A stretch of 64,000 nt of DNA from Klebsormidium nitens. Lineage: Eukaryota; Plantae; Klebsormidiophyceae. Position numbers and translations under genes: made by a program. The notes beneath the pieces are model-generated. The model was given only the letters and a program-made list of their open reading frames with translations. It made no database searches and was not told where the DNA came from. The DNA lies in assembly GCA_000708835.1 (NCBI GenBank), contig DF237030.1:163907-227906 (forward strand), in the 5' to 3' direction. Below, in pieces: positions 30,601 to 41,272 of the stretch. The first letter of the stretch is position 1, and the number at the start of each line of letters is the position of its first letter.

Positions 30601-33243
30601 TCAGTCCGCTTACCAAGATTTTGTTCATTCGAGCTACTACTGTCCTTTCAGCTCTGCTTGATCTTACGTCGAGCTACTACAGACCTTTCAGCTCTGCTTG
30701 ATCTTACGTCCTGTGAACGGACTGAGAGACCTTGAGACGTTCATGTACATCCTCGTTCCATGACTTCGGTCTTCGGCGACAGCATTTCGCGCACGTGGTC
30801 TGACTTGAGCCCCTAAAAATGTGCCCCCGTTGATGACGGGAGACCTCCAACTATGCTGCTGAAAAGTGTCCCCTTGAGTTCGGGGACACCTGCGCTTCTC
30901 TGATGTGCACCAACTTCCGTGTTACTCGCTCTGCTTCGAACTTCCTTCCGTCTCTCAACTACGAAGACTGCTTCTGCAGGTCGTCCGCAACGAATATGCG
31001 CGCCTCGAAGAACAGACGCTGGACTGGAACGTGGAACTCAACTGGCTGCTGGGTCACTGGCGCCACATACGCAGCGTCGGCGTTCTGCGCTCGCTGGTCC
31101 TGGCATACCGCGCGGAGCAGGTATCGCCTTTTCCTCAACTTCTGAAACTGGGTTGCCTGAGTTCTTTCTGCTGCTTCTCTCCAAAACTGAAGCTAAGTGG
31201 ATGTTTCACTTTCGGACATTCACACCGCTACTTCTGAGCAAGAAGCTTCGGGTCTGCCAAAAGGTAGTACTTTTTCGGACACCTTTTGGCACCGGAGTCG
31301 GCGTACTTGTAGGTGGAAGGCGGTGACGTCCTTGATTGAGCTTTATACGCGTGGCCGTTTCCTGTTTTGCAATCTCGAGCGAGTGAAGACTTTGGCATCG
31401 AATAAGCGACGCTGACGCTGTGAAACAAAACCGGTTTTCCTTGCTGATTCTGACGGACGCAGGTTTCGCTCGCATGCAATGTAGAAAGTGCAGACAATGA
31501 TGACCTTGATTTTTATGTTGGTTTTGGCCGGCAAATCTTGCCGCCGCCGCGCATTGATAACTTGGCATGGCCTTCGCGATACTTGTCGTGCCCATGCAAG
31601 CACAACTTTCGAGCTATGCTCTGCCGCCTCGTGATTCTTACACGTGTCGCTCTGTGCGTCCCCAGAGAGCCGCACAGGAAGGCGTAGAGAGCGACCACTC
31701 ATGGCTGGACTGCGGCTGCTGGGCCCGCGGCAAAAAGAAAGCCGACGCGGCCGCCAAGTCGAACGATAACCACGGTAAAGCAACGAAAGCTTTGGATCTT
31801 CGACAATCGATCTGGGACTACAGAATGTCTTCTCGTTTTCGCGCGTCTAAGATGCACTTTCTGCTTTCTGTCACGTGTCGGAAAAGAGGGCAGTTGAACC
31901 GGTTCTCCGAGTCTTTGCGAAAGTCTGCAACCTTGGACTCCTTATTCAAGGTGGGCAGTCTCCTAAGGGCGTCTGAAGTTGTTTACGATAGTTTTGAACC
32001 CCTCCTTTTCAGAGTACTGACGATGTATCTCGGGATACCAGGACGAGAGGTCTCTGTTCAGGACTGAGATTTTTGGTTGTTTGAATCAAATCTCACTGAT
32101 TTAGGTAGGTCTGTTGCGAAGCTGTGTCACAACGGTGACAAAGAATCGTGTTTCTCACTCATCATCAGGAAAGTACTATCTCTTCGTTGGAACAAACCAC
32201 TTAGCCGCCAGCGATTCTGCAACGGCGGTGTTGGCGGCGCAGAAATCAATACACGTCATCTTTCTGTTACCCAAACACGAGAGGTTGGAAGTACGGCTCT
32301 GACTGCCTGATTCCGGCCGCAGGTCATTCCGCCCGCGGCCATGACTGGCGGAACAACGTGCTGGTGGTAAACGGGGTGGAGGTGCCGCAGGCCCAGGTCA
32401 AGCGGATGCTGGAGCGGCTCCTCCTGGAAAAGGTACGTACCAATACCTAGTACGAAGTACCCATTAGTGCGAGATACCACACTGCCTCGGAAGTTGACAC
32501 CGTCAACGCAAATACGGGTTAAATGTGAACAGCTTTTGAAGCTGACGGGCATATTAATCTGCGTCCACCAATTTCTTGAGTTACTCTGCAAAGTCAGTGA
32601 AGAATTGAAGCTAAAAGGTCTTCGTTACTCGGCGTGTATTGAAGATAGGCAACCTATTAATAATCATTCGAAGAATCATGCCATGAAGCGAGTCCTTTTC
32701 GTCCGCTCCTCCCCTAGCTGCCACTGACTATTTTTGTGATCCGTGGCTTTTCAGCTGAGGTGACATAGAATGATTAAAGCGGTATTGTCCTACCTCACCT
32801 TGTACCTAAGCCTAAAATTTGTTCCATCTTAGAGGACGTTGTCCGTTTAATCTTCAGCACGATTCGTTTTCCGCACGAATGCCGCAAAGGCGTTGTCTCC
32901 TAGGCCACTCTGTACTTGGACCGAAACGTCGTTCCGTTCCGTTCCGACGTATTCCGCTTGGATTCGTCAGGAATGCCGGAAGGGCGGGGTCTGCGACGCC
33001 GAGCTGTCGCGGTTGACCGAGTACGTCGTCGCGTGTTTTGGCGATGCGCCTTCCCCCGAGGACCCCGAAGGTGGGGCGACCAATCACACTGGTGTGCTGA
33101 CTAAAGACGTCGCCACTCGGGACAAAGACGCACTGGCACTGATAGACGAGTTTTTGACGGAGATCCGGGGGAAGCTTATGTCGAATCAAGACGCAAGGGC
33201 AAAGATGTTGGAGGGAGAAGGGGAGGGGGAAGAGGACGAGTAG
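18665..33243 (+). CDS. PKD2: Polycystin-2 (TRPP/PKD2)-like cation channel, about 1042 aa
   Basis: 20 phase-consistent exons: 18665-19060, 20119-20276, 20701-20823, 21385-21465, 22214-22227, 22756-22802, 23010-23193, 23585-23732, 24096-24215, 25080-25275, 26218-26353, 27181-27291, 27564-27771, 28730-28924, 29366-29606, 30279-30416, 30980-31120, 31666-31774, 32323-32432, 32971-33243. Motifs DPGCGNGVCD..E.PG...GCPEDCG, NRVIAGLLFRQSRR, PFGIDPVFL, LDINL...LVDGRF, S4-S5 HFHPRLGMVTRTL, pore LGD, S6 IILQFLVAIVVD. Exons 4-6 are less certain. Confidence 0.85.
25490..26680 (+). repeat. Tandem array of acceptor/exon-start copies (x5) and exon-end copies (x2) around PKD2 exon 11
   Basis: tgcag|ggcaaggg at 25520, 25803, 25947 and 26072, with the real exon at 26218 and a decayed copy at about 25635. 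Exon-end copies ending tcaacg at 26504 and 26666. Confidence 0.92.
30630..30712 (+). repeat. 41-bp direct tandem duplication in a PKD2 intron
   Basis: cgagctactac....cctttcagctctgcttgatcttacgt occurs twice in tandem. Confidence 0.85.
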
Positions 33244-34429
33244 ACTGAAGACGGGCAAAACGAGGTGTTACTCTTTAAGTACGTATAGGGCCAGAACCGG
33301 GCATGTCGCAAAAAACAGTTATCTAGCGGTTAAAGTTGTATCGAAGCGTGACACGGAGATAGCTCGGTGGGTCAAAGCGTGGGACTCATGGCGTTTACTT
33401 AACGAAGATCGGAAGTCAGTCCTCGTTCCGAACAAGCAGTTATATGTATGCTAAGCGATTAGTAGTGTAGACGGCAGTCGAAAGCACAGTCGCAGCGCCA
33501 GGAATCAGGTAGAAGAGACAAGCGAGGCAATGGTTCATTGACCAGGCGTAGAATTGTTCGCGCTACCGCAGGCTAGGCAAGCGGGTACAGCAGTATTTAT
33601 TGACTTGTAGGAGACGCGTTTCGTGGCAACTTTGGTTAACGTGTGCGGTTGCGCGCGCGTGCAGTGCGAGCAATCTCAGGATTGTTCTTGAAGCAGTCAC
33701 AGGGGCTTGGCTAATAGAGCGGATGTGAAACGCTCCAGGGCACCTTACTTTTGGACTGACTGCCCTTTTACCACGCGACCAAGTAAGTTCTGGCATGGTC
33801 GCTGGATCCGATTCATGTAGTTAAATTAGGAATTCGATCATGCTTACAGTACTTGGCCTTGAGCACAGTCGCGGCCCCGGCCATGCCCGGCCGGCGGCGG
33901 CCATGCCGGCAGCGCGGTATTCTGGCCAGCCGGCGACCGCGAGCGATCAAATCTGGACGGCCGGGCGTGGCCGAGTGATTGGACGCGGGCGCTGCCGCTC
34001 AAAGCAACACTGACTGAATGCATTGCACACGTCAAGCTCCTGGCTGCCAGCATGTTGATGTTGATCCTGTACATAATTGCACTGGTAGATTCTGAGGAAT
34101 TAAGGTATACTCGTCAGAGACAGCAACAGACATGCTTGCATTCTCGATCATCGTGCTGCAGCCTGAGCTAGCACGCGCAAGTTCCTTCCAAAGCGTTTTG
34201 CGTGCTCCTAGTGTCTTGATCAGGGCGCATGACGCGACAATTCCGAAACTCTGACCACAGATGGTCGATCGGGCCCCGCAAGGCAGCTGAGTCACCACTT
34301 GTGTGGCTCGAAGCCATGGCAGCATGCCCAAGATGCAGTGACAAAGTGGGGACTGAGCGTTCACTGATTTACAGGCCAGTACGGCCGACGGTCGGATCGG
34401 TAAATTGTACAAATCAGATGCAAGATGCT

Positions 34430-36450
34430 CTCAAAAATCTAATAAGACGCTCTCATACGTACTGTGGTCGCTTCTTAGGAGTATTGGCATCACTCGATCG
34501 TCATGATGACAAGGGATAATGTGCATGCTACTTTGGATGCCACGGCCGTCGCACAAACGTTCATCTGGTGGACAGCTATAGGACGTTTCAGGAAGTGCTT
34601 GCGCTCTGCACCAATTCCAGAAGTGAAGGCGCGCCTGAAGAGAAGCCTGGTGAGACGTTTCGTTGTCCGTCTTGCTTAGTCTTAGATCCAGGCAAAATCC
34701 GCAAACACGCTTGCCTTGAGCCTTGACCAATTCCTCGCGTGACATACATCTGCCAATTGATGCTTACTTGTGCGGTTGCGTGTCTTTGGTATCCTGGTAA
34801 GTACTTGAGGACCGGGTTTTACAGAGGCGGTTCTAAGGAAATAGAGGCCAGGAATAGATAGTATACCAACTAATGTTGTTACAGACTCAATACTTGTTGT
34901 ACGTGAACACAAGCTGCAAAGGCTGGTGCCTATCACGAGGAGGTTGCAGCAAGTCGGGGTTCGTTCACCAAGATAGTAGGTCTCCTTCATTGCTTTTGGT
35001 GCGAAGGGATCTTCGGGCTTCTACCTGTGATGAGAAGGTCCGCTGCGTTGATACGGCTCAGCAATCTCGAACTGGACTCGGCGGCAGGCTTACCAATTGG
35101 ACACAGAACGGACCAGCCAGAGTATCCAGAGCATGGTCCAGGAACCTCGATCAACGGTTGAGAACCTCAGGAAAGGAGAGGACAATCGTTTTGTTCTTTG
35201 CAGGATGCATTGAAAAAAGCGCTCAGAAATCCAACCGCTGGTGTTGTCCACAAAAGCTTTGACAGTTTGATTCAGCGATTGCGCAAAAGCGGCACTTACA
35301 GGACAGATTTGCAAATGTGAACCAGTCATTGTAGACGAAGCTGCCATTACGGAGGCCTTTTATACACTCCGAGAATTTTGTCAATAGACGAAGTACGGGT
35401 TTCGCAACGCCGCAAGAGCAGGCAGCCCTTGTAACATCCTGATTGATATTGTTGCGCCACTCTTCACCTGCTGAACTGCCTGCTTACGCTAGACAAACTG
35501 TAAAACCAGCTAAGGCGTAGAGAGAAATCACCCAGCTCTGATCCTCACTCTCATCTCGACCAGAAAGTTTCTGCCATTCTGGATAGGCTCGACTCTTATG
35601 ATCTCAAGTATCTCATAAGTAGGACACTCTATGTCTGGAATGGTCCTGCCAACGGACAAACAAGGGCCGCCATGAGGTTCCACCGAGGTCGGGTTCTCCG
35701 GAGTTCCTTCATAGGTCCACCACGATACGTCTTCCTTGAACATGGTCACTCTGTCGCCAGCACACGAATACGAGCACGTGGATCCAACTGAATGGCAACC
35801 TGGGTGCAGTATGCATTTGTAAACGTGAGGCGTCATTTCTCCAGCAGATTCTGGAGTCGGTTGCAATGGGAAGCCTTCCGACTGTGTGAAAGAAACGGGT
35901 CGAATTGAAGCTAATTCAGGACGCGTCTTTTTGTACGGTTCTTTTCGTAAGCTAATTCACGTACGGTTCTTTTCGTAATGGCGTCAGCACTTTATGGCGT
36001 GTCTAGCAAGAGCACCTTTGCTCCCTCCTTTCTAAACTCAACATGCATGATGAACTCATTGATTTTCAGGCCTCAAATGAGCGTGATCCATCCAAGTCGA
36101 GTATTTTTGAAGTGGTTAGATCAGCCTAGATTCTCGCTCGGTGACATCAGGACCGTTATCTTCTTCCGAAAGAGTTGAACCGTACCACAATGCTTTGAAA
36201 GGAAGCCTCTAGAACGAGTGATGAACTTCCGAGCAAACCTGAGCTAGCAGATGTTTTGAAAAACATTGCCAGGGTAAATGAAGCTCACGTGCACGCCTTT
36301 CCTCCTTGTCGCCTCTTGAGACGTGGCTCAAAAGCCTTCAAGATTTCCTTCACGTTCGTGGGCCACCCTCCAAGCTTCTTCGCTTCTTCTCCGCCCGCTC
36401 ATTCTTTTTGTCCTCCTGGTATTACTATTCCGGGATTCCGGGATGATTCC
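34430..36450 (-). pseudogene. Unidentified decayed multi-exon coding relic, Cys-rich, with a chromodomain-like segment
   Basis: A strong minus-strand acceptor near 35882 precedes an open stretch ending YEILEIIRVEPIQNGRNFLVE. Neighbouring segments look coding (EAKKLGGWPTNVKEILKAF, RLPFKALWYGS) but contain in-frame stops. No family assigned. Confidence 0.25.
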
Positions 36451-37235
36451 GCTGTACTAATACAGTCCGCGTCAGTTTCAGAGCGTGGATCTCCCTCTCG
36501 CGCTTCACGCTTGGAGCCGGTTCTTACTCAAGAGTCGACTGGTTGAACTACGGCCCAAATTGTTTGTTTCTTATAAGATCGGCTTGGGTCGGATGAACGG
36601 GGAATATCATACCAATAATGATGATCAATAACAAGTCTAGCTGAAAAGCCGCACATGTCCTTGTGAAGGCCTTCGCCTTGTCGCCTTTAGATGTTTAAAC
36701 GTGCCATGTTGGCAGCGCTCGTTGGACAACCTGACAACCTCTTGTACGTGGCTCCGACGCTAAGCGGAGCACCCCACCGCCTGAGGCCCACAGCAAAATT
36801 ACCACGCACAAGGTTTGTGCTCCTCATGAATGAGCTCTCTGCTCATCAATGTCATGGAAGTGCAGGTCAATCAACGATATATATCCGCGCGCGCGCGCGC
36901 CGCCGGGCAAGTAATCCACGCCGGCGCGGCCGCTAATGCGCTGGGGTTTTCCCCAAAACCCTCTGAAACCCTCTTCTTCAAGTTCCGTTCCGTTTCAGTG
37001 TGAGCTAGGGACTATTCCGGTTTAGCCTCATGGGCGGAGAGGGGCTGTAGGCTGTAGCCTCGTGAGCCTCATCTGAGTCATCAGAGCCCATCAGAGCCTA
37101 CACAGGCTACAGAGGAGCACATACCGTACAGAACGCTCGCAAGCAAAGGCAGCGCACGCTTGCAAAAGTAGCCCCCTGTTCTATTGTGGAGCTAAAGTTG
37201 ATCGATCAGGTGTGGTTGGGTCCCTGGTAAGCACG

Positions 37236-40200
37236 ATGGCGATCAGGCTCCACGAGCTCCAGGAGCTGGACAAATTGGAGGAGCGCCTCAGTCCGCTGGC
37301 CGGCAAACCTGGCGGTGACTTTGACGCCCGTGTGCAGTGTCTGCGGTTGCTCAGGAGAATGCGCCTTCGGCGGTCAGAATGTGTTGTCATGTATGGTCAA
37401 GAATTGGTGAAGAACAAGGCTTGGACGAGAAGGCTGGGAACGCAATTGTGGGATGTGTATGAGCAGGTGGGTAAATAAACCGACTAGAAGGGTCTGAGGT
37501 TGGTTGCATTTTGCGTATTGTTTGCTGTGTGATGGATTGAAATATTGGATCCGACAGCAGCAATGAACAGATGTATTTGCAAAGCCAAAGCTACTGGGGT
37601 TGGTCTTAACTGATTGCAGGGGTGTCAATGACGATGATTGGGTGTCCCTTTCATCAATGTTATAGATTGGTTCAATCGCCAGGCAATAGAGGACAATTGG
37701 ACCAATGAGTGAACCAAGCTTAGCAACATAACCATCTGAAAGTCCCCCGCAAGACCTCACAATCCTACCACCCTTTTCCAGCTTTTACGGAACAAGAAAC
37801 TACAATCGAGCCAGAACAAAGTCGGAGGGCTCTGTTTCAGGAATTAAAAGTGTTCAAACCACATAGGATCTTGATCCATGTAGAGGCAGGAAAGTCCAAT
37901 GTGCTTCAGCACTGACTGCGATTGCGTGCGATTGATTTCTTACTTTTGAAAATTTTGGGTCAGGCATTAGTTATGCCTGGGGCTAAGAGGTCAGTTGACA
38001 GGACTTATCGAAAGGGTTTTCGAATTAGCAAGGCTTCATTTTGTAAGATTTGTGGGACCACTGCAAAAAGGGATCTGCTTCCACTTGAGGCCGTAACACC
38101 TAGAGGGGTCTCTCTTTCCCCTTCTTCGGAAGCTTCCTTGATCCTCAGAGCAGGATTCCCAGGATCGTCAAAGTCCAGGGCCAACAGAAACAATGAGATC
38201 TGAAGAGAGAGGAAGTTTGTGACTTGTCAAGACCTCCGATTGCTCAGACATTTGGAGAGGACTCTAGTCTAGAAAAGTCAAGATAACGACATTTCCTTTG
38301 GGATACTGAAGATCATGCAATTTTGAGAACAGCATTTACAGAAAATGTGAAGTCACAGACCAGATGTTTGACTCAGAAATACGTGCGTGCAGGTTGCTCT
38401 TGCTGCCCTTGACACCGGCGACTTGGAGCTAGCGCAGGAATGCGGCAATGCAGTGGCCCGAAAGTTTCCCGGCAGCCAGCGTGTGGCTAAGATGGCGGGG
38501 ATGCTGCTAGAGGCGCAGGAGGAGTGGGAGGAGGCGGACCGAGTGAGCTCGCGCCCGATCTCTTGGCTTCCTTGTTCGTGCTCTTGGTGATTGTTCGATC
38601 TTGGCGGAGCTTCAATCCCAAAAGCACTTGGCTATCTGGGCACAAAATGGAAACATCGTAACCACCCCAGGATCATGATGGCAAGACTTTTGTGCGGAGC
38701 GAACACTCTTGATATTCATGAGTATACGACTTGTCCCGATGCTTGGAGTCCTGTTCCAGTTTTGTCAAAATACAGGGAAAAGAAAGCGTAGTGAAAAAGT
38801 GTGTGTGCTCAATGCACTCGGGTCAACCATGATTAAGAAGGATGATTGTGAACTTCTAGTGCAACTGCAAGACATACCTGACGGTAAATTGTCTCCATGC
38901 AGGTGTATAAGGAGACTTTGGAGGAGACCCCAGGCAGCCATCTTATACATAAGCGGAGGGTGGCGGCGCTCAAGAGTCAGGGGAACTTGACGGGGGCGGC
39001 CGAAGCGCTCAATGCATACCTCGACATCTTCCAAGCAGATGCGGAAGGGTGGCGGGAACTGGCAGAGATCTACATCAAGTGAGCATGCGTTAGCTTTGCT
39101 GTGGTTGAATGGCAGTTTAAGAAGCGGTTCTGCCAGGCCCGAGTCGAAAAAGACAAACTTTTTGCAGGTTTGGTAAGAATGTTGTTACCTTGCTGTCAGA
39201 TTGAACTAGATGTGAAGTAAAGGTCCTGCCAGCTTACCTAGCGTGTTTCTGCCATTTGTTTTCGCAAGCAGGGCCCAGAAATTGCACATTAGTATTATCC
39301 TTGAGACCACTGATTAGCACTTGCTAGCTATTTTGTCCGACCAGTCGTACTTCGCCTTCTGAGCTCGTAAACTTCATCCGTTCTGGCAACTGAGTGTGAT
39401 CCTTTCTTCCGTTGCTGTCGCATCGCTCCAACGTTAAGGCTCGCTGACTCCCACCGTCCTCTTATCCGGCTGGCGTAGCCTCCCTCTCGACAACGGAACG
39501 AAACAAACATCTGCTCACATCATCAAAATACAGGTTTTGCTGACCCGCTTCCTGACCATATCCGCAGGCTTCAGCAGTATCGCCAGGCGGCTTACTGCTA
39601 TGAGGAAGTGCTGGTCTCGCAGCCGCAGAACTCGCTAATACACATGGCGTATGCGGACGTACTGTACACGCTCGGGGGGGTCGACAACTTCAGACTGGCC
39701 CGCAAGTACTACGCAGGTACAGTGCTCTCCTGCTTAGAAGAAGACAATTGAATCGGAGGCGAATCTCATCGTGCGGGTCTTGCGTGTTCTCAGATTTTCG
39801 AACCGGGTCGATTCGGAAGTTTGTTTTAAATTCCCAAGCCAAGCTTTCTTTGCAGCTGAACTCCACTTGGAGCGTGGCCCACGATTGCTTTGGCGAAAGC
39901 TCTCCTTCAAACTGGCATAAGTCATCAAGCTGGCCGCATATGTAGAATTTGATGACAGAGCACTTCAACCAGATGACGTCGAACTTATAAATGGAGAAGG
40001 CAAGCTTGATGTGGCCTCTTCATGCAAGCAGCGATGTCTGTTGCTAACGTGGGTCTTACTGTTGCAGCTGCTGTGGAGATCTCCGGCGGCGGGAATGTTC
40101 GAGCGCTGTACGGAATTGTGCAGAGCGCAGCAGCAATTGCAGCGGCCACCAAGGGGAACAAACGAGGGGAGCCTGAAAGTACGGACCTTCCTCTGCTGGC

Positions 40201-40294
40201 AGTCGATGTTTTGAAAAAGGAGTATCAGCAGCATTGTCCAGCTTTGCTTCCGATTGTCACGAGAACATTGGACGGTCAGGTCGCGCTATTGTAA
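37236..40294 (+). CDS. EMC2: ER membrane protein complex subunit 2 (TPR protein), about 310 aa
   Basis: 5 phase-consistent exons: 37236-37466, 38393-38542, 38903-39078, 39568-39716, 40068-40294. Motifs WDVYEQVALAALD, FPGSQRV, YLDIFQADAEGWRELAEIY, QAAYCYEEVL, LARKYYA, NVRALYG. Confidence 0.92.
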
Positions 40295-41272
40295 ATGATA
40301 GTTCTGGTCAGTCAAGCAGCCTCGCGGTTTGGACTTCGCACCCGCCATGGCACGCTTTTTGACCCTTTGTGTCGACTCAATAATGGAGGAATGTAATTTT
40401 TCAGGGTCAAGTATCCGATTCAGCCTATTTCACATGTTGGGATTACTAGTGCAAGTTCGGGGAGAACGTGATATTTGGCAGCTGACCAAGCCGCCATAGT
40501 TTAAGACAATGATTGCCCCTATCTCGAGGTTCGTGTACAGTTACAGCTCGCCATACATCTTCGGCCTATAGCACATCGCTCTAGGTCTCGTCTGCATCAT
40601 GAGACACCATGAGACATCAGCGGGGCGCTGCGTGCGGCCGCGCAGGCCATGCAGGTTCTGACAATCGCATTCCATGCAGTACATGGCCGGGCTCTCGTGC
40701 TCTTTTACCTTTATCCCATCATCCTTTCATATATGTCCATGCCCCCGGGTGAGCGTTTGCGGACCCAAGCGCCATATATACCATGCAAATTTGATAACGA
40801 CAATACTCAGTTCTGTGAGTGACTCCAAGGCGCGAGCTAGCTGAAAATGGTCCCAGCTGAACATTCCGACATCATCTTTGCTACTCACATAATTACCTGG
40901 CGTCCGACTTATGCGGACACGGCCTGCACTTCGTTTTTGCCGGGCAACGCTGTTCACCGTACAACAATCCGACTTTCGCTGCGCATGATGTACGGCTCAC
41001 AGCTTCCCACAACTATGTCCCTCAAGAGATTGCACCGCCGCTCAAGCAGTAATATAGCTCTTAGCTTCCCCTTTCGGCTGCGTGCCAAAACAGTCGGACA
41101 CCGCGCATTCTCTTGGATATGCCCCCGAGATTGTCAAAAACACGCTGGAGACAGACTGCTAGAGGACATCTGACAAGGAAAAGACCCTTGACACCAGATT
41201 GTGAAGTATCTGGGCCGGATTCAAGCCAATGTTCCCAATATCGTACGATCAGCTGCACATAGTTTGTGCACC

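Noticed and set aside
33354-33440. tRNA-like string gatagctcggtgggtcaaagcgtgggactcat (D-arm and CAT anticodon look-alike)
   Set aside because: The anticodon stem does not pair, and there is no GTTCRA T-loop or acceptor-stem complement.
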